Of a stretch of 60,707 nucleotides of DNA, positions 39,312 through 48,563 are shown piece by piece. The DNA comes from Candidatus Woesearchaeota archaeon (lineage in GTDB: Archaea; Nanobdellota; Nanobdellia; Woesearchaeales; CALCXY01). Location: positions 1-60,707 of the forward strand of contig CALCXY010000006.1 of the NCBI GenBank assembly GCA_937906345.1. The letters run 5' to 3'. The notes under the pieces are model-generated. The model saw only the letters and a list, made by a program, of their open reading frames with translations. It searched no databases and had not been told where the DNA came from. Every line of letters begins with the position of its first letter. Positions within the stretch are counted from its first letter, which is position 1. Made by a program: the position numbers and the translations under genes.

Positions 39312-40202
39312 TTAATCAACTTTAGTAGAAACAATAATCTTATCCTCAACTAAGACAGAGTGTTCTGCTTGGGCAACCATTCCTTTGTTTTTATCAACTA
39401 AAGGAGGAAAATCTTTTATAATATCTAATTGTAATAACTCTTTTAGTGCAAAGTTAACTTTACCTTCATGATGTTTATCAGTAAGCCAACGTGTTGTAAA
39501 TGGTAAGCCTTTAAATTTTTCAATTTCTTTGAGAATATTTCTTGTAATTAAAGATCTAACAGGTTTTTTGTTGACAAGCATGTAAATTGTGTTTGGAGAA
39601 GATTCATAAATAACTCCAGCACCATTAGTTGCAAAGGGTTCAATAGCTATTCTCATTCCTTTTTTTAAGGTTTCTGTGTTTCCATTATCATAATTAGGAA
39701 CTGTTGGTGAAGTATGAATGTTAAATGTGTCTAAACCATGACCTGAGAGGTTTCTTATTGGACTTAGATTATGAGAGGCAATAGCATCTTTAATTGCTTT
39801 ACCAATTTCATTTAAAGGTGTGCCAATTTGTACAACTTTTAAAGCAGCTTTCAATCCATCTTGTGCAGCTTTTACAATATCAGAGTATTTTCCAGATAAA
39901 TCAATAGTATCTGCGTTATCTCCAATAGCACCATTATAACAAACACCGACATCAATACAACATAATTGATCATCAAAAATAATTTCATCTTTAGGGTGAG
40001 CACAATAATGTGCAGCTATTTCATTGCAGCTAATTTGAGATGGGAAAGCAGGAATAGCTTTATTATCATAAATAAATTTATCCAGTTTATTTGAAACTTC
40101 TAACATTGTTGCGCCTTTTTTAACTAAACTTTTACCTAAGGCTAATGTTTCAGCTGCTATTTTACCAGCTTTTTTCCAATCTTCTAGAGTTGGGTTTTCC
40201 AT
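39312..40202 (-). CDS. map: methionine aminopeptidase, type 2 (archaeal)
   Basis: W..AG.I, D.G....G.I.D.A.T, HGL....H and EH..LV motifs. About 297 aa from the ATG at 40202. Confidence 0.9.
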   Translation of the reverse strand: MENPTLEDWKKAGKIAAETLALGKSLVKKGATMLEVSNKLDKFIYDNKAIPAFPSQISCNEIAAHYCAHPKDEIIFDDQLCCIDVGVCYNGAIGDNADTIDLSGKYSDIVKAAQDGLKAALKVVQIGTPLNEIGKAIKDAIASHNLSPIRNLSGHGLDTFNIHTSPTVPNYDNGNTETLKKGMRIAIEPFATNGAGVIYESSPNTIYMLVNKKPVRSLITRNILKEIEKFKGLPFTTRWLTDKHHEGKVNFALKELLQLDIIKDFPPLVDKNKGMVAQAEHSVLVEDKIIVSTKVD

Positions 40203-40336
40203 AAGTCGAAAGAACAAATGGAATTATATAAAGGTAATGGTAAGTTTTTGATTAGAGTCTCTTGTTTCTCCGAAATTCTTGAAAAAATTGATGTTTTTTT
40301 TGAGAAGATTATATTAGAAATAAAGAATAAATAAAA

Positions 40337-40383
40337 TGGTATCCTAATCCGAAGCCTAACTGATACCAAGTGGGTTTCCGACC
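40337..40383 (+). pseudogene. decayed partial copy of the 5' part of the downstream tRNA
   Basis: TGGTATCCTAATCCG..GCCTAACTGA....AGTGGGTTTCCGACC aligns with positions about 5-60 of the tRNA at 40433. It lacks the acceptor 5' end, the T arm and the 3' end. Confidence 0.4.
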
Positions 40384-40432
40384 AACATAAATCAAGCTTA
40401 CAAAGTTTAAAAACTTTGTGGTTTTGAGTAAT

Positions 40433-40539
40433 GGCGTGGTACCCTAATCCGGTATGGGGCCTGACTGAAAATCAGGTGGGTTTTCCGACCTTTACGGGTT
40501 CGAAAAATCTACGGAACTTCGAAAGTCCCGTCCACGCCG
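40433..40539 (+). tRNA. type-II (long variable arm) tRNA with G73, apparent anticodon GAA and a putative 21-nt intron in the T-loop
   Basis: Manual fold:
- acceptor GGCGTGG/CCACGCC
- D arm CCC/GGG with loop AATCCGGTA
- anticodon stem CCTGA/TCAGG with loop CTGAAAA
- 17-nt variable arm TGGGTTTTCCGACCTTT
- T stem ACGGG/CCCGT separated by 28 nt (TTCGAA + 21 nt + T). Confidence 0.65.
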
Positions 40540-40592
40540 CTCAATCCCTTAAAATAGTAACTCTTATATATCCTAACCTAACTTCTTCCCTT

Positions 40593-41021
40593 ATGACAGT
40601 TAAGAAAGGCGATAAAATTAAAGTTGAATACACAGGAACATTAGAAGATGGTACTGTTTTTGACTCTAGTGAGAAACATGGCAAAGCTTTAGAGTTTGAA
40701 GTAGGATCAGGCCAAATGATTAAGGGTTTTGATGCTGCAGTTATTGGTATGAAAAAAGATGAAGAAAAAACCATTAACTTAGAACCAGAAGATGCTTATG
40801 GCCCTCAAAACGCTGAGATGATTAAAAATATTCCTAGGGAGCAGTTTCCTAAAGAACAAGAACCAAAAGAAGGTATGGTATTATTACTCCAAACTCCAGA
40901 AGGAGGCCAATTTCCTGTTAAAGTTGTTGGTGTTACAGATAAAGAAGTGAGTTTAGATCTAAATCATCCTTTAGCTGGTAAGAAATTAACTTTTAAGTTG
41001 AAGGTTGTTGGGATTAATTAA
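40593..41021 (+). CDS. FKBP-type peptidyl-prolyl cis-trans isomerase (short, SlyD-like)
   Basis: V.V.YTGTLEDGTVFDSS........F.VG.GQMIKGFD.AV.GM and LAGK.L.F motifs. The start was set to ATG 40593 because the track ORF runs through the tRNA. Confidence 0.85.
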   Translation: MTVKKGDKIKVEYTGTLEDGTVFDSSEKHGKALEFEVGSGQMIKGFDAAVIGMKKDEEKTINLEPEDAYGPQNAEMIKNIPREQFPKEQEPKEGMVLLLQTPEGGQFPVKVVGVTDKEVSLDLNHPLAGKKLTFKLKVVGIN

Positions 41022-41562
41022 GGGCTTTTCTAACCTCAGATACAACAAAATCATAATATTCTTTGTGGGGGACATATTTGGTTTCATCTTTGCATTCTTT
41101 TTCAAAAACATCTAGAGGTATAAATTTAACTTCTTCAACTTCATTTTTATCTTTTATGAATCTCTGATTGTCATGTTTCCATAAATAGACATGGACAAAT
41201 TCAGTGTGGATAAAATTTTTATCAATTATGCTGGGAAGTTTTTTATTGAATTTTTTATATCCTACTTTTTTTAAATCATGAGTGTTTATATCTATGTCTA
41301 GTTCTTCTTTTGCTTCTCTTGCAGCTGTTTTTAATGGATCTTCTCCAGAAGAGAGATGTCCTGCTGCTGATATATCCCACAATCCAGGACATATGTCCAT
41401 TTGTTGTGATCTTTTTTGCAGTAAAATCTCATTTTTTTCATTATAGATCCAAACATGCACACAAGCATGCCAAATTTGATTTTTATGAGCTTGCTCTGGA
41501 GTAATAGTTTTCCCAGTAGGCTTTCCATGTTTATCTAATTCATCATATAATTCTTCTGTCAT
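41014..41562 (-). CDS. Nudix hydrolase
   Basis: Nudix box GHLSSGEDPLKTAAREAKEELDI (GX5EX7REUXEEXGU). Confidence 0.8.
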   Translation of the reverse strand: MTEELYDELDKHGKPTGKTITPEQAHKNQIWHACVHVWIYNEKNEILLQKRSQQMDICPGLWDISAAGHLSSGEDPLKTAAREAKEELDIDINTHDLKKVGYKKFNKKLPSIIDKNFIHTEFVHVYLWKHDNQRFIKDKNEVEEVKFIPLDVFEKECKDETKYVPHKEYYDFVVSEVRKALN

Positions 41563-41603
41563 AGTTTTCGGAAATTCTAAGAATTTATAAGTGTTGTCAA
41601 TAT

Positions 41604-41738
41604 TTATCTTAACCCAATCCTAATCTGTTCCATAGACTTTTCAAATTCTCTTGTATTCTCATCCATCAATTTTCTGATTTTTCTGTAAAATCTTCTATCT
41701 TCTTTCTCTAATTCTTCAATTATTTTTTTCACCATCAT
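41604..41738 (-). CDS. small helical protein (44 aa), speculative
   Basis: Its ATG overlaps the stop of the upstream ORF (ATGA at 41735-41738). Sequence MMVKKIIEELEKEDRRFYRKIRKLMDENTREFEKSMEQIRIGLR. Confidence 0.3.
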   Translation of the reverse strand: MMVKKIIEELEKEDRRFYRKIRKLMDENTREFEKSMEQIRIGLR

Positions 41739-42112
41739 CTCATCTCCTTTTGGGTTTTGTATCTATTTAAATCTTTTGTAATTTTAGTTTTTTCTTTTCG
41801 ATCAAGCCCAAGATCAAATAAAATTTTAAGAATATCATATTTTTTAGATATATTTGTTATATTATTCTCAAGAATTCTTATTCTAGATTCCATGACTAAT
41901 TTGTTTAATGCAAAAGTTGTTAATAGTATAATAGAATAATTAGTAATAATAAGCATTAATAACTCTGGCCAAAAAAAAGTAAATCCTACTAACATTAACT
42001 GCTCAAATCCGTAGATTCCTATAAAAAAGAACTCAACCAATGTTCTATTCCTATATGAAAATATCCTAAAATTTTTCCAATATCTCTCTAATGTAACTAC
42101 TCCATTTTCCAT
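41735..42112 (-). CDS. hypothetical membrane protein
   Basis: ORF with two hydrophobic segments. No family recognised. Confidence 0.45.
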   Translation of the reverse strand: MENGVVTLERYWKNFRIFSYRNRTLVEFFFIGIYGFEQLMLVGFTFFWPELLMLIITNYSIILLTTFALNKLVMESRIRILENNITNISKKYDILKILFDLGLDRKEKTKITKDLNRYKTQKEMR

Positions 42113-42160
42113 TACTTTAAAGAATAATACCTCTTAATAAGTTCTATTGGAAAAATACAC

Positions 42161-42784
42161 TTAATTTTTTAATAATTTCGGAATATCTCTCAAATCATCA
42201 ATTATAAAATCAGCATTCATTTCTTCAAAAACATCTTTAGGGCAGACTCCACTTAGATATGCAATAAATGTAATCTTTGCTTTTTGAGCTGGGATTAAAT
42301 CATAATCAGAATCTCCAATGAAAATACACTCTTCAGGTTTGTATTCTTTTAATATAGGATCAAAGATTCTTGGATCTGGTTTATGGTAAGGTAAAGAATC
42401 ATCTCCATAAATTGCTTTAAAGTTTTCTATAGGTAATGAGGATTTTTCCATTAATTCTAAAATAGAATCTTTTTCTCTAGAAGAAATAATAAAGAGATCA
42501 TATTTTTTGGAAAGTTGAAGAATTACTTCTTTAGCACCTTTAACAGGAGTTCTATCAATAATATCATCTACTTCAACATAAGCAGAATAAAAATCTTCAA
42601 ATTTAATATCTGGCCAGATTTTAGAAACCATAGTTTTCCAAGGCAAACCTGCATATTTTAATAATTCAATATCTGAAGGAACTTTAATATTCAATTTTTT
42701 AGCAGCTTCTTTATGAGAATGCAGATAAATATCTTTATAGCTAACTAAAGTGTCATCAAAATCAAAGATAATTGCTTTAATCAT
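42161..42784 (-). CDS. HAD-superfamily phosphatase (candidate ARPP phosphatase of riboflavin synthesis)
   Basis: HAD motifs IIFDFDDTLV, SSR and GDSDYD. Overlaps ribD by 8 nt. Confidence 0.75.
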   Translation of the reverse strand: MIKAIIFDFDDTLVSYKDIYLHSHKEAAKKLNIKVPSDIELLKYAGLPWKTMVSKIWPDIKFEDFYSAYVEVDDIIDRTPVKGAKEVILQLSKKYDLFIISSREKDSILELMEKSSLPIENFKAIYGDDSLPYHKPDPRIFDPILKEYKPEECIFIGDSDYDLIPAQKAKITFIAYLSGVCPKDVFEEMNADFIIDDLRDIPKLLKN

Positions 42785-43811
42785 TTTTTGCTAAGATAAA
42801 AGTATCTACTCCTTTTTTACAACTATGCATAATTCTTAATTTTAATTTTTCAATAATATTATCTGGTGTGATTCCTTTGTAAAAATGCATACCATTTTTT
42901 AATATTCTTGGGTTAATGAAATATGCATGTAAATCGACTAAATGTTGGTCAATAAATTCTTTTATAATTTTAGAGCCTCCTTCAACCATTATTGAGGTAA
43001 TTCCTTCATTTTTTAATTTTTCTAATGCATCTTTTAAATTGATTTTAGAATGTATTTTTTTACAACGAATAACTTTTGCTTTTTTATTTTTATATTTTAA
43101 ATTACATGTGAGTATAATTGTTTCTCCTGGTAACTTGAAACATTTTAAGGTAGAGGGGATATTTCCTTTTGTATCAAGGATTATTCTAATAGGATATGTA
43201 GTTTTTTCTAATCGAGAAGATAATTGAGGGTCATCGATTAGTGCTGTGTTTTTACCAATTAATATAGCATCAAAGATTTTTCTTTTTTGATGTACCCATT
43301 GTTTTGATTGTTCAGAAGAAATAGCAGTTTGTTTTCCAGGTTTTGCTATGAAACCATCTGCAGTCATTGATGTTTTGAGTAATATATAAGGTCTATTTTT
43401 AATTTCTGTAAAAAATTCCCAATTTAACTGGTCAGCTTGTTCTTCTAAACAGCCTACATGCACTTTAATTCCTGCTTTTTTTAATTTTTTAACACTATTG
43501 CCGTGAGTTTTAGGATTAGGATCTAAAGTAGCTATGTATATTTCTTTAATTTTTTGTTTAATTACTTCTTCTACACAAGGTGGAGTTTTTCCATGAGAAT
43601 TGCAAGGCTCTAAAGTAACATACATAGTAGAATTTTCTATCGATTCTTTAGCATTTTTAATTGCAGCAATTTCTGCGTGATCAGTTCCTTGTTTTTTATG
43701 GTAGCCTTGCCCTATTATCTTATCATCTTTTACAATTACACAGCCCACTTTAGGATTAGGAAAGGGATTTGCTTTATCTGCTAATTCTAAAGCAAGTTCC
43801 ATATACTTCAT
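42777..43811 (-). CDS. ribD: bifunctional riboflavin biosynthesis protein RibD (deaminase plus reductase), bacterial-type fusion
   Basis: HAEIAAI ... PCNSHGKTPPC zinc deaminase motif, followed by a RibD_C-like reductase half. Confidence 0.9.
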   Translation of the reverse strand: MKYMELALELADKANPFPNPKVGCVIVKDDKIIGQGYHKKQGTDHAEIAAIKNAKESIENSTMYVTLEPCNSHGKTPPCVEEVIKQKIKEIYIATLDPNPKTHGNSVKKLKKAGIKVHVGCLEEQADQLNWEFFTEIKNRPYILLKTSMTADGFIAKPGKQTAISSEQSKQWVHQKRKIFDAILIGKNTALIDDPQLSSRLEKTTYPIRIILDTKGNIPSTLKCFKLPGETIILTCNLKYKNKKAKVIRCKKIHSKINLKDALEKLKNEGITSIMVEGGSKIIKEFIDQHLVDLHAYFINPRILKNGMHFYKGITPDNIIEKLKLRIMHSCKKGVDTFILAKND

Positions 43812-44227
43812 TTTAATGATTCTAAATTTTTTATTTGTTGAACAATAGTCTCAGCAGCGTGTTTAGCGTAACGTTCAGTTCTTTGAGAAGCTTTTTCTTT
43901 ATCAATACCAGGACCAATGATGCTAAATGCAATAGGTTTTTCTACATCTAGTTCAATATCTTTGAGAATAGCTGTAGCTTGATTAGCAACTAATTGATCA
44001 TGATCTGAATCACCTTTAATAACAACTCCAATTACAATTAAACCATCAACATTTTCTTTTTCTAAAAGTTTTAATGCTATTAAAGGCATATCTAAAACTC
44101 CAAATACTTTAATCTTATTTGTTATAGTTGCTCCTAATTGTTTTAATTGAGATTCAGCTACTTGAACCATTTCATTGGTTAGTTCTTCATTATATTCTGC
44201 TTGGATTATTGCTATGTTATGGGTCAT
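43808..44227 (-). CDS. ribH: 6,7-dimethyl-8-ribityllumazine synthase
   Basis: IAIIQAEYNEELT...V.GV.D.P....L.......DG.I..G.VIKGD..H pattern. The ATG at 44227 is preferred over the long track start. Confidence 0.9.
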   Translation of the reverse strand: MTHNIAIIQAEYNEELTNEMVQVAESQLKQLGATITNKIKVFGVLDMPLIALKLLEKENVDGLIVIGVVIKGDSDHDQLVANQATAILKDIELDVEKPIAFSIIGPGIDKEKASQRTERYAKHAAETIVQQIKNLESLK

Positions 44228-44306
44228 ATTGTAAAAGAATACTGTGTTGCTTAAAAATCTTGTTGTTGTGTATGTATTTAAAAAGGTTTGATATTTTATT
44301 TGAATA

Positions 44307-44942
44307 ATGAGTGGTATTAATATTCGCATTGGTGACTCTAGTTGTGCAGATTTTGTTGAAACACATTATCGAAAGGAATTTTGTGAACTTGAATTGGAAT
44401 ATTTAGATGGTAGTATTTCGGGAATTTTGAACCTTTTAGATACTGGCAGAATGTTCATAGCGTATATGGGAGATACTCCTGTTGGTTTTTATGGATTTAC
44501 TCCCCTTTTAAGGCATCAAGAATCAATGGAACATATATTAATGACTATTACTTTAGGTGAGGAAAAAAATAGGGAACGAGATGAAGCTTATTACGCTGGA
44601 CTAGTAGAAAAGATTGGTAAGGGTTCAGTTCTTGTAAAATATTATGATACTATTTTTACTCGTGGTGATTATCAAGTGGATAAAAAGGATTATATGACTG
44701 ATACTCTAGTTGTAGCAGGATCTTTTAGGCGTAAGGGAATTGGAAGGGCATTGCTCCAGGAAGTTATTAAACATGCCACAGACTCTGGAGCTACGGCGAT
44801 TTTTTCAGATGTTAGACATTCAGATCCAATATGGAATTTAGTGAAGAGTGAGGGATATAAAGAGATTTTTACAGGAGGTCCATTGTATTCAAATGGTGAG
44901 CCTGGGACTGTTTTTGGTAAAATATTAACTGAAAAAACTTAA
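44307..44942 (+). CDS. GNAT-family N-acetyltransferase
   Basis: Acetyl-CoA-binding motif FRRKGIGRALLQEVIKHA. Confidence 0.7.
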   Translation: MSGINIRIGDSSCADFVETHYRKEFCELELEYLDGSISGILNLLDTGRMFIAYMGDTPVGFYGFTPLLRHQESMEHILMTITLGEEKNRERDEAYYAGLVEKIGKGSVLVKYYDTIFTRGDYQVDKKDYMTDTLVVAGSFRRKGIGRALLQEVIKHATDSGATAIFSDVRHSDPIWNLVKSEGYKEIFTGGPLYSNGEPGTVFGKILTEKT

Positions 44943-45673
44943 GTAGTTGAGAAAAATATTCCATCTAATGGCACCCAAGAAATATCTGCTTGAAGAACTG
45001 TTATCTTACCATCTGCATGAATATCTATTCGTGCATCATCAGTCCAACTGTTTGCAGAAAAAATAAGACGTTTTGGAGGCCTAAAACCTAGAGGTAACTG
45101 TCCTAACTGGGTTTCTTCTATTGGTGCTGTATTAACTCCTCCTGGTCGATACAGGCTTAATCCTCTTAAATAGACAATATCTCCAATTTTTCTATATTGT
45201 GCTCTTTCAAAAGTACCATGAATATCTGTGTAATGAACATATGGGATAATTAATGGTAGATCAGTCCAGCCTTGAGATCCTATGATGTTTCCATTTACTT
45301 TTATGTTTCCAGCAATTTCAACCTGGCCACTTTTTTGTGTTAATCCATGTTTCCAAGTTCCAGCTGCTCCATCATAAATTCTAAAACTTCCATCATTTAA
45401 CACATTGACAGCAAATCCTTTTATATCTCCATTATAGGCAGCAATTGCAGTATGCTCTGCTACACTTGGTGTTTTGACAGTAAATATACTTCCTACACTA
45501 TCGCCCATACTAGGATCTGATGTTCCTATGCCTACTTTTCCATCACTTATGAAAATAGGATCTAAAGTTAGTTCAGAAACATCATGACCATTATCGGGAG
45601 CAGCAATAACCACTAAAATAGCTATACATAACAATAGAGTAGTAATCAAAGTATAATAAAGCTTTTTTTCCAT
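44939..45673 (-). CDS. N-terminally membrane-anchored extracellular protein (tail-fibre-like GIGT motif)
   Basis: One N-terminal TM helix, then DGKVGIGTSDPS and a beta-rich C-terminal domain. The family is not certain. Confidence 0.5.
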   Translation of the reverse strand: MEKKLYYTLITTLLLCIAILVVIAAPDNGHDVSELTLDPIFISDGKVGIGTSDPSMGDSVGSIFTVKTPSVAEHTAIAAYNGDIKGFAVNVLNDGSFRIYDGAAGTWKHGLTQKSGQVEIAGNIKVNGNIIGSQGWTDLPLIIPYVHYTDIHGTFERAQYRKIGDIVYLRGLSLYRPGGVNTAPIEETQLGQLPLGFRPPKRLIFSANSWTDDARIDIHADGKITVLQADISWVPLDGIFFSTT

Positions 45674-45707
45674 TATAAACTTATTTAAGAATTACCCTAT
45701 TTAAAAT

Positions 45708-46172
45708 TTACGATAAGGATCCTGCATCATCACTGCCTTGTCTTTTGCCTTTACCTGCGAATTCACTCAAGGCTTCTATGCCTTCTAAGAGTTTTAAAGT
45801 ATTAATAGTATGTTTCTTAGTTCTGTCTACAAATATTGCTTTAAGTTTTTCATCGTCATTTGCTTCTTGTTCGTGGACAAATACTTTGATAATATGCTTG
45901 TTTGTCATTAACTCAGCTTGGATAAGGCCTTGATTTGCTTCATGAGCGCATGTTTCATCTATTGGCTGTTTTCCAACCATGCCTAGAGCCATAACAATAT
46001 CACACTTATGCTCTTCAATAAGTTTTTTTGCAGCAACAGGTAAATCTTTAACTCCAGGAACTGTATATTTAACAATATCAGCTGAAGGAGAATTTTCATC
46101 TATTGTTTTAATAGCTAAAGAACCCATATCATAACGTGCAAACATTGTATCTGCTATACCTATTTTTGTCAT
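45708..46172 (-). CDS. ribC: riboflavin synthase, archaeal type
   Basis: MTKIGIADTMFARYDMGS...VPG.KDLPVA.KKL.EE..CDIVMALGM.GK......CAHEA..GL...QLMTNKHII.VFVHE.EA closely follows the methanogen RibC pattern. Confidence 0.85.
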   Translation of the reverse strand: MTKIGIADTMFARYDMGSLAIKTIDENSPSADIVKYTVPGVKDLPVAAKKLIEEHKCDIVMALGMVGKQPIDETCAHEANQGLIQAELMTNKHIIKVFVHEQEANDDEKLKAIFVDRTKKHTINTLKLLEGIEALSEFAGKGKRQGSDDAGSLS

Positions 46173-46255
46173 ACTAATGAGAAAATGAGCTTTTCCTTAA
46201 AAAACTTGCCATGTTTTACATACTTTTTTAAAAGGTATTATAATTCTCCACTATT

Positions 46256-47719
46256 ATGAAGAGATATCTTTTAGGAATTGATGCCAAAATTTTACCTAAT
46301 CCAAAAGGATCTGAGGTTTGGGAAAAGGCAAAAGTTATTGAAGGAAATGGTCGAACTACTGGAATATCCATGCTAAATTATGGTGATGGTTTTAAAAAAT
46401 ACTTAAAAAGTTTGCAACTAGGGGATAAAATACTTGTTTATTTTCATATTGATTCTAATCCATTAAATCCAGATAATGATATAATGCAAAAATTTCAAGA
46501 AAAAGTTGATAATCTTTACGGAAGAAGATATCCATTTCATCAAGTCATTGAGTGGGTTGATGACTTACCAAGAAGATACGCTCAAAAAAGGAGAAATCAA
46601 TATGATAGAGGTTTTGAAAGAGCTGATCAAAATGTTGATACATTGGTTGATGTGGCAAATGAATTAGATTTAGTTGTTCTTAAAATAGCAAGTTATAATT
46701 TTAGTGAACATGGTATTAGGTATGCGCTGATTCCCAATACTCAAACCGTAGACGCAATTAAAGAATTTACCAGCATTAGGGCAGTTCCTAACGGGAATTA
46801 TTTGAGTTGGAGAGATATAGCTCTAGTTGATGGATTTTCAAATACTTTGTTGGAGGATGTAGTCCCAGGAGAAAAATATATGAATAACTTATTTTTAGAA
46901 GAATTACTATCAGATAAAGCTTTATTATATTATTTGGATAGTTTATTTCCTGATACTTCCGTAGATTTAAAAAAATATTTTCCAGATTCTACGCTATGGG
47001 GGTGTGGAATGAATTCATTTAAGTCAGTAAAGGAATGGATGGAGAACTATAAAGGACAATTAAAAATTAGAAAGCCATTTGATGGACTGCAAGGTAGAGG
47101 TTTGAGACTTTTTAGGACTCCTACATTTTTAAAGGGAATGACAAGCCATGTTACAGAACCTGATTTAGTTGAGGCAGCGTATACAAATATGACCTTAGAT
47201 TTATTACACTTAGTAAAAGAAGTTGGACAACGATCTGTTATTATTCAAGAATTTATTCCTTCCATCGAAATTCCATACGAAAGAGATGTATATGATGGGT
47301 GCAGCAGATCCTTAGTTATTAATAATAATTTCATAAGTGCAGGATGGAGATTAGGATTATATCCTCTGGGATCAGAGGTACCTATGGAGCAAATTCATGT
47401 TGCAAATACTTCATTAGGATCAGAGACAGTTGCAATGTCTAGTGAACATACAGATATTGTGGCAGAATTATCTGAATCATTTTCAGAAGATTTTTTAACA
47501 TTAGCTCAGGAAGTCAGAGAAAGGATGAATGATGCCAAGTTTGGATTATTTGCAAATGATAAATATTATCATCCTGTTGATCAGATTCGAATTTTATTTA
47601 ATTTGCAAAGATTATTTAAATCTGCTCAGGAGGTATGTGATCTTCAAGAAGTGTATAGAAAACATTTTCCAGCAGAACTAGCAGAACATCTTAGAGAAGT
47701 TGAAGAAACCTTGGATTAA
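46256..47719 (+). CDS. hypothetical protein with a C-terminal ATP-grasp-like region
   Basis: The patterns KPFDGLQGRGLRLF, VIIQEFIPS and D.......V.....SAGWR resemble ATP-grasp ligases. The N-terminal half is unrecognised. Confidence 0.45.
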   Translation: MKRYLLGIDAKILPNPKGSEVWEKAKVIEGNGRTTGISMLNYGDGFKKYLKSLQLGDKILVYFHIDSNPLNPDNDIMQKFQEKVDNLYGRRYPFHQVIEWVDDLPRRYAQKRRNQYDRGFERADQNVDTLVDVANELDLVVLKIASYNFSEHGIRYALIPNTQTVDAIKEFTSIRAVPNGNYLSWRDIALVDGFSNTLLEDVVPGEKYMNNLFLEELLSDKALLYYLDSLFPDTSVDLKKYFPDSTLWGCGMNSFKSVKEWMENYKGQLKIRKPFDGLQGRGLRLFRTPTFLKGMTSHVTEPDLVEAAYTNMTLDLLHLVKEVGQRSVIIQEFIPSIEIPYERDVYDGCSRSLVINNNFISAGWRLGLYPLGSEVPMEQIHVANTSLGSETVAMSSEHTDIVAELSESFSEDFLTLAQEVRERMNDAKFGLFANDKYYHPVDQIRILFNLQRLFKSAQEVCDLQEVYRKHFPAELAEHLREVEETLD

Positions 47720-47759
47720 TTACCATAAATTTTTAAATCACATTAAATTCACAGTTAAA

Positions 47760-48563
47760 ATGAGACCTAGTTTGGGAGTTTTAGGAGCAATATATGCTGA
47801 TGCTCTGAATACCATTCCTTATAGTTCAGCTGTGCCTATGTTTAGAATTGCAGGAGTTTCTATTGATCCAAAGTTTGGATGCAATTGTATAGATCAAAAT
47901 AGTAGAATACAAACAAGGCTTGAAGGAGTTGGTTTTGATTCTATGAGATATTTAAGAGATACTAGCCTTGGGAGACACCATCCTCTTATTGTGGATTTTC
48001 AAAATGAACCTTACTTTATTGATGCTTATTTAATGTCAGAGGAACCTGTTAATCTAAATGCGGTTAAGAGAAATGGTGGATCAATGGAAGTAGATGCGTT
48101 TCCTCATCTTAATGGTGAAAAAAGTAAATTATTATTTTCTTTTGATGGATTTGAAACATCTTTTAATGTCCACAAATTTTGGCCAAAATCAACAAGAAAA
48201 GATACTTTTTATTTTGATTTTAATTATTTGGATAATACATTTCCAACTTTTGATGAATATAAGGTGATTGCATTGCATCCAATCCAAGAAACTCTTTCTT
48301 TAAGAGTTCTTGATGTTGAAAAAGGAAGAGTTGATCATCTTATTTTTCCAATAGGGCCTGGAAGAATAGATAGAGGTGTAATCTATGTTAAAACTAATGA
48401 AGGGACAAATGTGCCTATGACTTCAGAATCTGAATTTGAAGAAGCATTACATCCTATTTCTTTAAAAACTCAAATTTCAATGGAGGACTTAGTTGATTTT
48501 ATTAATCAATCTGCTGATATATATTTTCAATTAAAACCTGGAAATTTATTAAAGCCTCAATAA
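47760..48563 (+). CDS. hypothetical protein (partner of the ATP-grasp-like gene)
   Basis: ORF starting 41 nt after the upstream stop. No motif recognised. Confidence 0.5.
   Translation: MRPSLGVLGAIYADALNTIPYSSAVPMFRIAGVSIDPKFGCNCIDQNSRIQTRLEGVGFDSMRYLRDTSLGRHHPLIVDFQNEPYFIDAYLMSEEPVNLNAVKRNGGSMEVDAFPHLNGEKSKLLFSFDGFETSFNVHKFWPKSTRKDTFYFDFNYLDNTFPTFDEYKVIALHPIQETLSLRVLDVEKGRVDHLIFPIGPGRIDRGVIYVKTNEGTNVPMTSESEFEEALHPISLKTQISMEDLVDFINQSADIYFQLKPGNLLKPQ

Noticed and set aside
40431-40592. N-terminal extension of the FKBP ORF
   Set aside because: The extension is the translated tRNA gene at 40433-40539. The FKBP homology begins at the internal ATG at 40593.
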